This document shows positions 1 through 12,782 of a stretch of 64,000 nt of DNA, piece by piece. Location of the stretch: the NCBI GenBank assembly GCA_964016885.1, contig OZ024755.1:13144001-13208000 (forward strand). The letters run 5' to 3'. A model generated the notes under the pieces. It was given only the letters and a program-made list of their open reading frames with translations. It did not search any database and was not told where the DNA came from. Source of the stretch: Eledone cirrhosa. Taxonomy: Eukaryota. Position numbers and translations under genes: made by a program. Numbering within the stretch: position 1 is the first letter of the stretch; each line of letters begins with the position of its first letter.

Positions 1-1418
1 AAGAACAATCATTGTTACATTTTGTATCATGCTAAGGGAGCATGTGTCTGTGGAATGCTCAGCCACTTGCACGTTAATTTCACGAATAAACCGTTTCGTT
101 GTTTGAATAAATGGAAAGTCTGTCGTCGGAATCGCCGGTCAAACTGTGTGTACGTGTGTATATGTATGTATGTATGTGGATGTATATGTGTACATACGCT
201 ATCTGCGAGTGTATATATATATATATTTGTATGTGTACGTGTAGATATTTATGTGCATGTATATTTCTACGTGTATGTGTGTATATTAGTGCATGTGCGT
301 ATGTGTATATATCTGTCTGTGTGCATATATATATTTGTATGTGTGTATAATATTATCTAAAGAATTCCTATTAATGTCACAAACGACAAATAATCGATGA
401 GACAAGGGACACCGTTACGTAGATGTTTGATCAGTTAGAAATAGCAGCCAAAACTCCCTCAGAACCACGCACTACCACCTTAAAACAAAGAATGGCGCGT
501 TGGACAATGGAAGTCCCTGATATACCAAAGAAAAGATGAGCTGGTCATGGCTGGAATGCTCGGCTAAGACAACACTAATAACGTAACAGTTCGCACTGCC
601 TCCAAATATATACAGAACTGCACTGCGTTCAATAAAACATTATTCTTCAAATGAATAGATTAACATACATGCAGACGTGTATGTATGTGTATATATATAT
701 ATATATACAAACGTCAGCGTATATAACATATACGAGCATCTAGGTGTATGTATAGCACACATAGAAATGTCTAAATGCATGCATGTGAGTGTGTATATAT
801 GTATATCACACACATGTACACGTATATGGGTATCTGTGTTGTGTCTGTGGAGGGGAGGGGGTTATAATAAACGTGTAAACGTCTATACATGCAAACATTC
901 GTATATAGACATCCATTAAACATACTATAGTATACATGCATTTATACAAATATATATATATACGCATCCACACAAATATACATACGTGTATGGAAAACAT
1001 AAATGATTTCTAATACTGTTGATATAGGTCATCGAATATTTTTGAATACACTACGTGGTCACTCGACCCGGTAGATATAGATGCAAAATCTCACTCGAAT
1101 CATACATTTTATACGATAAAAAAAAGAGTGCGTACATCTCACATCGTAGGTCCTGATATAAATTTATAATAAATAGACGGGATGGTCACAATTGAGACGC
1201 ATTTGAGCATAATTCTGTTTGATCAGACCAGGCCTGGGGCTAAACAATGCCGATGACAGTGAAATAGAAATGTATGCAGGGAATTTATGCATATATGCAC
1301 AAACACATATGCATGCAATGTGTCAAACGTATATACACACGCGTACATAAATACACAGAGATACAGGGAGAGGGGCAAAGACACGCATGTGTCCACATTA
1401 ATATAATAAATTACCAAC

Positions 1419-1715
1419 CTAGAGTAAGTTGAGAAGAATAAGGCTGAATTGTTCTCCGAGGTAAACCATAGCAGCCCTTCTTTCCAGCCTTAATAATTCC
1501 ACCACCACCAAACAGCCGACTGCTTCAGCTGATGCTGTGTTCTAATAAAAGCCTGATCTTCGGCTGGGAGAAGTCGTCAGATGGAGTCAATAGGCATGTG
1601 AAAGAGTAATTTGAAAATTACTGGCCGGAAACAGTCGTTTTTGTTAAAGCTGGGACAGAAATTACCGATTCCATGAAAGTCTGACACACGACTGGAACTA
1701 ATAGTATCTGCCTGT
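1419..1715 (-). other. candidate 5'UTR exon of the minus-strand gene, containing three short uORFs
   Basis: ttttcAG acceptor at 1716, TAG|GTTGGT donor at 1418, non-repetitive sequence of higher GC. The ATG-initiated ORFs all stop within the exon. Confidence 0.3.
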
Positions 1716-2011
1716 CTGAAAACCACTAGACACATAATCAATTAAACCCCCTCCTCCTCTCTCACTCCCTATTTCTGTAGCCGAGTTTCGTGTGTGAAAA
1801 CTTCTACAACTATATTGATAGTGATGTTGACAACGATGCTATGAATAATGCTAACCTTTATAATACTACTAATAATAATACTGATGTTTGATAATGAAGA
1901 TTTATTAGTTGCTTAAACACGTCTTAGGTTGTTAAGACGAGAAATGAGATTGTGATGGTGTTTGTGCCTTATTTTCGAGGGTATTAGCGACATACATTGC
2001 GATTATCATGA

Positions 2012-2212
2012 TACGAGGGTCGGCTGAAAAGATCATAGGCTCATCAAGACATTCTCATGGAATGACTAAATGTGGTTTAATTTTCAACTTAGTCCATGGA
2101 AAGAAACAATGCAGTTATTGATAAGAGTTGAAATTAATGCAGGCAAGATGATGCACAGATCTAGCATCACTCCTTCATAGTCAGCCTATGAACTTTTCAG
2201 CCGACCATCGTA
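2012..2212. mobile_element. mariner-type MITE
   Basis: TIR CGAGGGTCGGCTGAAAAG(A/T)TCATAGGCT with TA flanks; four copies in the window. Confidence 0.85.
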
Positions 2213-2414
2213 ACCATTATGATGACGGAAGCGCAAAATAACAATAAACAAAAAAAAACGCAACAGCGCGAAGAATACATGCAAATGTAATTATATGAAA
2301 TAATGATTTCTTTATTAACCACAAGGGCATGGACGTAGAAAATACAATAAACATAATACATAAATCGATAGTGCAGTGCTTCATAATTTAGGTCTTAGTA
2401 AAACAGTATTTAAC

Positions 2415-2730
2415 GGTGAATTGACAGAGTCGAACAGACTGCGTTGCGGTATTCGTTCCGGTTCTCTGAGTTCCAATCTCTCTAAAGTCAACTTTGCCTT
2501 TCATCCTTTCGAGGTCGATAAAACAAATACCAGTCAATTACTGAGGTCGATTCTTCCTCTCTATATATATCTCTCACTTTCTATCTTTCTCTGGAAGAAA
2601 TCTGCAGTGTTTTCAGATCTGGAGAAGGATGGGCTCCGCCAGGCTTTAAAATGCTTAAGAAACACCGTAAGCCACTATGACACGCCCGTACGTGTCCACC
2701 AGGAGTTACGAGACCATACCATACCCCATA
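2415..2730 (+). mobile_element. composite SINE with (ACCAT)n tail; copies at 13150-13447 (-), 25320-25515 (+), 54540-54750 (-)
   Basis: Shared SINE core followed by GGAAGAAATCTGC..GATGGGCT..CAGGAGTTACG.ACCATACCAT. Confidence 0.7.
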
Positions 2731-5700
2731 AAGTAAAATGTAATTGCAGTATTTGTTCCAGCTCTTTCTTCTCCGAGTTCAAATCTCGTCGAGGTCAACT
2801 TTTTCTCTAATCATTTCGAGGTGCTATAAAATAAATTACTACATGGATGGTAGAGTTAACCTGTAGTTCTCCCAAACAACCATCACCTGGTCCTGTGGTG
2901 CCTTTCACGGAGTCTACTTTGTCTTATCATTTGTACCAGATTTCCTGTTTGAGGCTACCTTCCTCCCTCCCACCAATTTCGGGAGCCTAAAAAGAATCAT
3001 GTGCAATGTTTTTCCTTTCCTGAAAAACAGACAGTTCTGAAAACCATTTTCAATGCTTGTTTCTTTTCAGCAAATTTTCCCCTCTATTAATTTCCCTTGC
3101 TGAACTTTCACTTTAACCCGTACCAATTCTACAGTTAAGTTAATAAACGAGAGTCACAAAATTACAGAAGTGACCTGCTTTCTACATTAGTAGGAGCTGC
3201 CACTCTGCGAAACAGTGGTTAAGGAGTTCGCTTCGCAATCAAGTCCCAGATTTTATCCCATTGCGTGGCATCTTGAGCACGTATTCTTACCAAACCTCGG
3301 GTCAACCCAAGCCTTATGAGTGACATTCGGTACACAGAAAGAAAGTGAAGCCCATCAGGTGGATTACTCTGGCCTTCACTCTATAAAAGTACTGCTCTGG
3401 TCTTCGCACTACAAAACATGAGTATCACACTGAGCCTCACTCTACAAGACTTCGTTATCTTTCCAACACACTTCCTTTTTTACATTAATTACTTCGCCTA
3501 GTTTAAAACACTACAGCCATCATTCTCTGGCCTTTAGGAGCCTTTGGCGGGGTCCACTCTGTTGCAGGCATTCGACTCATTTCTTCCATTCAAAGATCTC
3601 TCATTCCTTCCTTTTCATCAGTTTTGGGGACCCTGAAAGGGGTCATAAGGCACTGCCCTTTCCCCTCTGACTAAACAGTAAAAAGAATGTACCAACACCA
3701 CATCCCTATATTTATTTACAACATAGGACTAAGACCATGGCATCCCTTTAACTCTTTTGATAAATCCGTCTGAAAAACTAATAAACTTGAACTCGTTTTA
3801 TACATCTGTCTAAAGCTGCACCAGTTTACATATATATGTGTGTGTGTGTGTGTGTGTATACACACACACACACTCACAAAACTACTTATTTTAAGGTGTT
3901 CATACTTATTTAAAAACTCCTCATCAAAATTTTATGTAAGGATCTTTTAAGTCCTGGGCTATAACGAAAAATCTTTGAAAACCATAGACATTTTTTTTTT
4001 TTAATGAGAAACATGATAAAGAAAGGGTTAAAATGTTAGGCCTCCGATTAACATTCATGACGATCAGTGTTGGCATAGTTCAGACAGTACTTGGGCTAAA
4101 TTTTTGGGTCGGTGCACCTAACTTACACGCGTACAACATCCTTGACAGTATTTAAAAAATGGCCATCTGCCTGATAGATAACCAAACCTTCACTCACTAA
4201 CATTCTACAACCTTTTGGCTAACCGCCAGATTGACCTACACCCCCGTATATGCACACAAACAAACAAGCATATCTCTAACTCTATCGCTATTTTCATGGT
4301 TATCTTCCTCCTACTGTCTCTCTACCTTACCCTTATCTATCCTCGCTCGGATCTCCTCCAATCACGACCACCTCCATTATGTTCCACACTCCAGAACCCA
4401 TACTAAACACTGCTCTTTCTAGTATTGCCACCAACAAAAACAGAAAGAAAGGATTCTTTAATTTATAAGGCCAGCCATATTGGCGCATCTCTTGTGTTTT
4501 TTTTACCAGAACTTTACTTTCGGGCGATGATACAAATGTCATCTATAAAGTGCATATGTCGTGAAAATAGCTGTGTTTACATAAGGCATATATAAACATT
4601 TATATTCTCTTTCTCTCACACACACTATCTCCCTAGAGTTCATCTCTTACATGCCAATGTCTATTAAATAATAACCATGTTTTTTTTATGTTTTTCTTTG
4701 ACAGGGGTGGGTGAAGTGAGGTGGAGGAGAGAAATAAGAATTTGTCCCATTCACATTTGTTCTTGTTTTAAAGCCTCCCATACAGATAGGTCTAAAATCT
4801 GTCTCGAGCCCGGAGGATCATCAGGCTAGTGCTTATCCCGGTTACTGTGGCTCCCACCTGGACAAGACGCCAGTCCATCGCAGGGTTAAGAGGTTCACTT
4901 TGCGATCATAAGGTCCCAGATTAGATCCCACTGCGTGACATCTTGAGCAAGTGTATTTACCATAGTTTTGAGTCGACCCAAGCTTTGTAAATGAATCTGG
5001 CTAAACGGAAACAGTGCGGATCCCCATCGGATGGATTGTACTTGTAATTCAAAGGTACAACCTTGTCAGTGCCATCGGCATAGGGCTCACGGGTTTCTAG
5101 GGGCCCACTGAAACTAATTTGTTGCGGAGCGTGCCAGCGTATAACCTTGTTTCATGTGCACACCGGGTATTTCATTATATATTCAAAACCATAAGGCCCC
5201 CTGTACAATAAGTATAGGCGCACATGCTAACATTTCTATAAATTTGGACATGTCTATGGAATACTCAACCACTTACAAGTTAATTCACAATTTCGACGTT
5301 TAGTTGATCGAACAACTGAATGCTCATCGTTGAAACCGACGGGGGATCCATAATCCGATGAGCTAGTTTTTAAAGATGACAAGGAGAATTTCAAAAGTAA
5401 AATGAAATAATTATCATGAGATCACTGCCCCTCTCATGAGAGTTAGCAATTTAAATTGTGAAATAGTTACAACCAGTAATCAAGAAGCAAATTCCTAAAA
5501 GCCTTCTATATAATAGTGAAAGTAAAAAATTCGATATACCGGATGTTTTGATCAAATGATTGTAGTAAATAAGTGAATGGAAAAAGATGTTGGTGTGTAT
5601 ATCTACCCTTGTAATATTTATATATGAGTGTGTGTTCTTGTATGTATTTGCAAGAATATTTTCATCGAATTTTTTTTTAAATTTCAATTTAATATAGAAG

Positions 5701-6360
5701 GCTTATAGGATTTTGCCTCCAAATCTATTACCGAATTCAGTAGCCAGACATGACAGATGGGAGTAAATTATATGGTCATTCACACCTGCGCCCGGGTAGC
5801 GACTGTCCTTATCTGCCCCTCCCCTACTCCATCATTTTGCAACCTCTCTATATCGGAATATTCTTTAAGTTATTGGCATAACTACAGTTTAGTATCACGT
5901 TCCTCACTCACCGATGTTTCCTCTGTTATTTCTTGTAAATCGAGTGACCACATAGTGACTTCCTTTGTTGCTTTTCCCTTTTTAAGATAGCAATGTATGA
6001 TTTGAAGGATATTTGGCTGTTATTTCTAGCAGATGGAGTGACCGCATAGTGACCTCCCTTGTTGACACAAGCTTCTTTAATATTGTTAATTTAATATTGT
6101 CACGTGATGTGAAACCAAAACAGTCCGTTATTTCCCGGATATTTTTCATAGCAGCAATTAATGACGACGTCTACGTGAAATGTAGGGATGATTTTTCATG
6201 TTGGGAAAGGCATGAACATCACAGAACCATTTCTTGCTTGTCACTCTAATTATCTCTGCTATTTCATGTTTATGTAAGGAACCGGCTTCATCGTGTTAGA
6301 ATAGGTGAGGTATTAGTTGATGCATCGTCCCTCTGCTGCTGTTGCTAATGTCCTCGGAGC

Positions 6361-6590
6361 AGGTCTGTGCAAAGCTAGTAATGAGCCCAGGTCAGATGTA
6401 AATTGCAGGACCTCAAAACTGAATAATAAACCCAGGCTAGATGTAAAATGTAGGTTTGTGCAAAGCTGGTAATAAGACCAGATCAGATGTAAAATGTAGG
6501 ACTGTGCAAAGCTGGTAATAGTCCTAGGCTAGATGTAAATTGTAGTACCTCAAAGCTGGTAATAGGTCCAGGCCAGATGTGAAATGTAAG
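6361..6590. repeat. degenerate ~45 bp tandem repeat, 5 copies
   Basis: Recurrent CAAAGCTGGTAAT..CCAGG..AGATGTAAA.TGTAG. Confidence 0.8.
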
Positions 6591-7717
6591 GCACCATTCT
6601 GTATTTTGGTAATCACTAGTAAAATACATGTAATTTATGTATGGGTCATAGGTACGTGTACACGAAGTGTATATGTTGTAGTTATATGTAACAACAGAAT
6701 AAAAAAACTAAAGTTTGCCCCTCACAAAAATGTAAGCCCATGCTAACTGGCTCATCGGACTCCACTCCACCCTACACTCATTTGTGTCTGCTTCGGAAAA
6801 GCATGAATATCACAATTTATTTATTTTTGTTCAGATTCCATATTTCTGCAAAAATCACATTAAATGGATGATTCCGACTAGATGTTTGCTTCACGCTGTA
6901 TATGATCCAGTTGGGTGTTTTACATCAAATTAAATGTGTCATACGATTTTTAAATTTAAAACAGACTGCAGTACAGTATGTCTTTCAGCTATCCAAACTT
7001 TGATAATTACTTGAATAATATACATCAAAATCTGATATTGTACCTAAATAAAAAATATATTAAATACTATGTTGATGGGTGCTGAATAAAACGATGGATT
7101 CACAGCAAACTAAGTTTGCGACGAAGTTTCGATTCTTAGTCAGAATCATTTCAGCTTAGATCGTTTATGGCCCTGGAAGAAAGGCATGCATGGACTATCT
7201 CATTTTTATTCTCTTTCCTCCCGAAATCTGAGCACATGTGCTTGTCTGATTTATCATCACTGACCGCAGCAGGCGCCAATAACTTAGAGCTGTGTAATTC
7301 TGTATATTGAAAAGTTTATACCTAATTAAGTGACTTCATTAATACTGCTACAGCCGATATTTTGCCTAGTGCAACTTGTCAAAATATAAGCCAGAAATAC
7401 ACATCTAAAAAGGATTATAATAATATTGCATATGATGTTGTTTGTTTGTTGTTGTAGCAATTAAACCATTCATTACGATGTGGCGGGAGACCCAGTAAAC
7501 AACACCACATGTAGTAGTAGCATGCTTTCATCGACAAAACAGCCAAGACCGAAACCAAAATAAAAACAAAAAACATTATACTGCAATTAATTAAGACAGA
7601 GAAAAGCAGGGGAAAATGAACGAGTCGGTATATTAAATACTGAAATAAAGACGAAGGCTGGAAGAAGAAGGAGGTGGAGGAGGAGAATAATCGTAATAAT
7701 ACCATGCATCTCCTTAC

Positions 7718-7995
7718 CTTGCAAGACACTCGACTAAATGTGATATAGGGATTTATAATATATGTATATATATATATTTTTTTTTTAAACCTTCCAACTA
7801 TACAACACTCCCCCGACACCAATGTCGATGAGAGAGAAGTAAAGGTAGAAGTGACTAGACGGAAGGGGAGCAGTTATAGAAAGAATAACACAACGAGGAT
7901 GGATGTTTGTGGAAATGGTGATGATGCCAAGCAGGCAACTGACGTTTTCACTTCTGTATAAATGATTGCTCCCTTTCGAACACCGACTTCCGGGA
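7718..7995 (-). promoter_or_regulatory. candidate promoter and non-coding first exon of a minus-strand gene
   Basis: Minus-strand Inr-like TCAGTT (7937-7942), ETS-type ACTTCCGG (7986-7993), TGACGT (7940-7945), strong donor AAG|GTAAGG at 7718/7717, local CpG retention, no ATG in the exon. Confidence 0.45.
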
Positions 7996-8189
7996 TTTTA
8001 ACCGTAATTGGAACATTTCCATAACTTCGGAGTTTGAATAGAAACAAGAGATCATCTTCATTTTGACGAAATTCCTAGCTGTATAAAAGGGAAAAATTAA
8101 TTTGCGAATAATGACAAATAAAACCTACGTGCTTAATCTATATAGGCCAGAATAAGCATGTTATATAGAGAATAAAAATGAAAAACTAG

Positions 8190-8750
8190 TGATATTTATT
8201 TTAATAGAATGCATACACATAAACACAATTTATATTCAATAAAGACACACACACATCACAACATGAGCGTTCGGGGTTTCCCTCTAATACACACGCAGCA
8301 TTACCGCGGGTGACAGCGAGGCTAAGAGGCTGGAATAACCAAGTACACTCGTAAGTATCACCTAATAGCTTGTTAAGGCAAACCGCCGGCAATAACGAGA
8401 ACTTCGATGTCACTGAACCAGCTCCTCCAAATAACTCGAATGTCACAAGCTGAAAAAAAATATAGTTTGTCGATAATTCCTAATATTTAAGGACTTTATT
8501 CTATTCGGCTGCGGATGCAGTGACCCTCCTCTTCACCGCTGCATCCAGAATGTAGGAAGCAGCAAAAGAGTCGCTAACTGTGGCGTCCCAAATGAAACAT
8601 TTACCCCTTTCTTACCCAGGAGCAAAGGGTAAGACTATTTGGTTTCTTCCCATCAATCCGCCTGGTTCCGAAATTAAGAGGACCAATAGGATGTGTGGGT
8701 CGGAGGTTTGTTTAACGGTATTTTCTGAGTGTTTTGTTTATGGGTTAAGG
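8190..8750 (-). mobile_element. decayed 3' end of a CRE-type non-LTR retrotransposon (restriction-like endonuclease domain)
   Basis: Minus-strand translation with stops and frameshifts reads RIDGKKPNSLTLCSW..GKCFIWDATVSDSFAASY..AAE*NKVLKY*ELSTNYIF..VTFELFGGAG..WLFQPLSLAVTRGNAACVL. This matches the RLE pattern RPDG..W..G..WD.T....K..KY....E..G and FQRLS.A..RGNAA. A minus-strand AATAAA follows near 8195. Confidence 0.85.
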
Positions 8751-9472
8751 CAATCGACGGTCTTATTTGCATACATACACACACACACTTAGATGGTGTG
8801 TTGTGGTTGCTGTTTAGCCTTGATTGAGTAAACTTTTAATCAAAGACATGCAAGCCCCTTTCTAAAACAGTTGGGCGTGATTAAGCTGCTATTTCTAGCA
8901 TGCAGAGCATTTTTGTGTCATCTCTCACTTTCACATGGAAAAAGTTTCCACCTCCCCCCTGTATAGTAAATATTCAAAAGTATACCAAAAAATGTTTGGT
9001 AAAAGTATGTTACTGGTTCGTTATTCCAATCTAACCTCCTGTATAATAGGTTCTTCGCATATCTCCTTTAAATATTTTTTGGGGTAGCATATTTTGAAAT
9101 AACTTCTTAATACTCGAAATCCTACATCGTCCAACAAAATTTCCAATTACCCACCATTTTCTGTTCAGTTGCTCATTGTCGACCTAACAGTTGAAATCAT
9201 TCAGGCTGAGAAACCCTGATGTAGAGGCTCCTTTGTTGGTTTGTGATGCGGGACAGATGTTGGTTCATTTAATTCTGTGTCAGACTGACTGAACGGACTC
9301 ATCTGTGACCAAAAGTTTTCCAACCTTGTCTGCATCATCTTGTTCTCAAGATTGTTAGTGTCAGGAAAGGCATCTGGCTGTAACCATTGCCTCAAAACGT
9401 CTTGGCCAATACATGCCAGCATGGAAAAGTTGAGGTGATGACAGATTTTAAAAGTGCTTTTTGATAGGTAGA

Positions 9473-10507
9473 TAGAGGTAACTTGGTCAACTTAGTATAA
9501 TAGAGGTAATTTGGTCAGTTTAGTATAATTAATTGTTTCTACTTTTGGCACAAGGCCAGCAATCACCCAGTACATTACTGGTACTTTATTTTATCGACCC
9601 CGTAAGGATGAAAGGCAAAGTTAACCTCGACGGGATTTGAACTCAGAACGTAACTATGCTAGAAAGCATGACGTCCAATCCTCTACCGATACTGCCATAA
9701 TAGTCAGTAACTTGGTCAGTTTAGTATAATTGAGGTAACTTGGTCAGTTTAGTATAATAGAGGTAACTTGGTCAGTTTGGTATAATAGAGGTAACTTGGT
9801 CAGTTTAGTATAATAGAGGTAACTTGGTCAGTTTGGTATAATAGAGGTAACTTGGTCAGTTTAGTATAATTGAGGTAACTTGGTCAGTTTAGTATAATAG
9901 AGGTAACTTGGTCAGTTTAGTATAATTGAGGTAACTTGGTCAGTTTAGTATAATAGAGGTAACTTGGTCAGTTTAGTATAATAGAGGTAACTTGGTCAGT
10001 TTAGTATAATAGAGGTAACTTGGTCAGTTTGGTATAATAGAGGTAACTTGGTCAGTTTAGTATAATTAATTGAGGTAACTTGGTCAGTTTAGTATAATTA
10101 ATTGAGGTAACTTGGTCAGTTTAGTATAATAGAGGTAACTTGGTCAGTTTAGTATAATAGAGGTAACTTGGTCAGTTTGGTATAATAGAGGTAACTTGGT
10201 CAGTTTGGTATAATTGAGGTAACTTGGTCAGTTTAGTATAATTAATAGAAGTAACTTGGTCAGTTTAGTATAATTAATTGAGGTAACTTCCTCAGTTTAG
10301 TATAATAGAGGTAACTTGGTCAGTTTGGTATAATAGAGGTAACTTGGTCAGTTTGGTATAATAGAGGTAACTTGGTCAGTTTAGTATAATTAATTGAGGT
10401 AACTTGGTCAGTTTAGTATAATAGAGGTAACTTGGTCAGTTTGGTATAATGTAGGTAAATTGGTCAGTTTGGTATAATGTAGGTAAATTGGTCAGTTTAG
10501 TATAATT
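9473..10507. repeat. 28 bp minisatellite AGAGGTAACTTGGTCAGTTTAGTATAAT, ~30 copies, interrupted by a SINE
   Basis: Direct reading of the tandem units. Confidence 0.95.
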
Positions 10508-10944
10508 AAGGAATAATCAACAATAAACGTGTTAAACTTTTCATTAACATACATCTGAAGGAAAGTAGAAAAATAAATGTCAATGCTGATAATAAAGTAG
10601 TAGTAGTAGTTATTGTTGTTGTTGTTTAGCCCCAGGTCACTCTGATCTGAGCCCAATGATCAAAGACATTCCATAAAATACTGCCTCTGAAAATGTTGTC
10701 TAGCCCATACCAATTTGGAAATATCAAGGTAAAAGAACAACGATGATAAAGATGGTTGTGGTGATTGCTGATGTTGACGGTGGTGGTGGTGGCGGCGGCA
10801 GTGAAGGTGGTTGTGGTGATAGTGATAGTAGTGGTGGTGCTGCTGGCGCTTGTGGTTGCGGCAGCAATGGCGATAGCAATAGTGGTGGTGGTGATGATGA
10901 GAGCCAGTTTAATCATTGATAATCCCGCCACCTCATTTTTAATA

Positions 10945-11140
10945 ATAATAATTGTTTCTGCTTTTGGCACAAGGCCAGCAATTACCCAGTGTATTACTGG
11001 TACTTTATTTTATTGACCCCGTAAGGATGAACGGCAAAGTTAACCTCGGCGGAATTTGAACTCAGAATGGCAAGGGCCGTAACTCTATGCGTCAAAGCAT
11101 GGCATCCGACCCTCTACCTATACTGCCAATCCACCGCCCT
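10945..11140 (-). mobile_element. tRNA-derived SINE, abundant family; young subfamily also at 9530-9700 and 35921-36340
   Basis: Minus-strand B-box-like GAGTTCAAATTCC followed by the core TTTGCC(T/G)TTCATCCTTACGGGGTC(A/G)ATAAAATAAAGTACCAG; close match to 36000-36200. Confidence 0.8.
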
Positions 11141-12564
11141 TAATAAAAATATTTTAATAATAATAATTGACAAACATCCAAACAAACGTTTTATATACAT
11201 AACAAAGACAATATTATTGCCGTGTGTGTGGTTTTTTGGTTTTGTTAGTTTTGTTTTTATTATTGTTTTCATCCTGTAAAAAGTTGAAGGACATTTAAGA
11301 CTAGTTTAAAAACAATGCTAACCTGGTGAGACAAAAGGCCTGATGAACAAACATCAATCCTGACATTAAAGCTACATGGGTAATCTTGTATTTACAGCCA
11401 GAGTTCTTTGTTTAAATGGTTTAGACCAAGTCATAGAGTACAGGGCTTCTGTTGTATCAAAGAAGACAAAATAACAATGTAAGAACTCCAAAAGATAATA
11501 TTTTCTGAATTAATGCCAAAAAAAAAAAAGAATTCCAAAGTTTGTAAGGAGAGAAAATATTTAGTTTTTTGGTTTTTATGATTTACCAAATGTTTTATCT
11601 TTATGTATACAAAAATAAGATAGTATTTTTCTTATATAATTCTTTCATTGGATGGTTTGTGCTGTTACTATTGGCCCCTACATACATACATATACATGAT
11701 GGCTGCCCCTTCGTTATGGCCATTGAACGATATAACTTTATTAATAATTATCAATTAATGTTATCGTGCAATGTCTGTGCATGAATATTTTTTTTAAAGT
11801 GAAGAAAGACTGTGCACTGAGCCAATCCCACTCTCTGAGTGACAAGCTATAACCCGAAAAGAAGACGAGATCAACGTCATCGGTAACTACTGAGCTGCAG
11901 TACATACATACATACACATCTTATATCAAGGACGTCTTATTATATTAAAGACATGTCATATTATATTAAATACATATCATATATTAAATATATATACATA
12001 TTATACCAAATACATGTCTTATATCAAAGAGTATAACATGGAACCATCACAGGTATTGCTAGTATAGTTGGACATGTACCTGCTCTCGTTAACAAGAACA
12101 CCATATACATACATATATATATATATATATTTCGTTTCTGAATTTGTTTAGCAAGATTCTTTATCTGAAAACGTGTGTTGAAACCGATATTGTTATACTT
12201 TGGGAGGGTCATGTTGCCAATAAGAAACACACGCACCATATGCTTTCACTCCAACCAAGGGGAAATTTATAAATTTTTAAATTTATAATAAATTGGAGTG
12301 AAAATTGGCAACATGATCATCCTGATCCTCCCAGATTGACTTTGTTAGTTTCAGTAGATCCCGTTAAGGGTGGAAGCAGTGATTCTTTGCTTAAACTTTA
12401 ATCTGTTATTTTAATAAATATTTGCTCTACGGTTCTTATATATTTGATATATATTTATCCTTATCGAGCTCTCTTTGGATTTTAGTCTTCAAATTTATTA
12501 TTATTACTATATATATATATATATATAACAAATAGCTTTATCGCTCTACAAGGCTAAATACAAG

Positions 12565-12782
12565 AAATGTAAATCTGAGTTTTTCAAATATTAATAATAA
12601 TATTCAATTCATTTGCAATTCTTGCTCTTGTGTTGGCATATAAACAAAAAGTTCTGTTTATATGCCAACACAAGAACGAAAATGACCTCGTCATTCTACC
12701 CACTTGGCTTAAGAGACTGTTTGCATAATTGAAAACGAATTGAATATTATTATTAATATTTGAAAAACTCAGATTTACATTT
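12565..12782. repeat. nested perfect inverted repeats (46 bp outer, 21 bp inner) between TA runs
   Basis: 12565-12610 is the exact reverse complement of 12737-12782, and 12626-12646 of 12655-12675. Confidence 0.9.

Noticed and set aside
22-1417. ORF-track entries rich in C/V/Y/I/H/T, here and throughout the window
   Set aside because: They are translations of (TA)n, (TG)n and (CA)n microsatellites, with no splice or homology support.
4190-4510. Possible Tx1/L1-like LINE fragment on the minus strand
   Set aside because: Only vague similarity; no diagnostic motif could be read with confidence.
10626-11016. Hydrophobic poly-Val/Ala and poly-Thr ORFs that look like membrane or mucin proteins
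   Set aside because: They derive from a degenerate GTG/GCA trinucleotide repeat running into a SINE.
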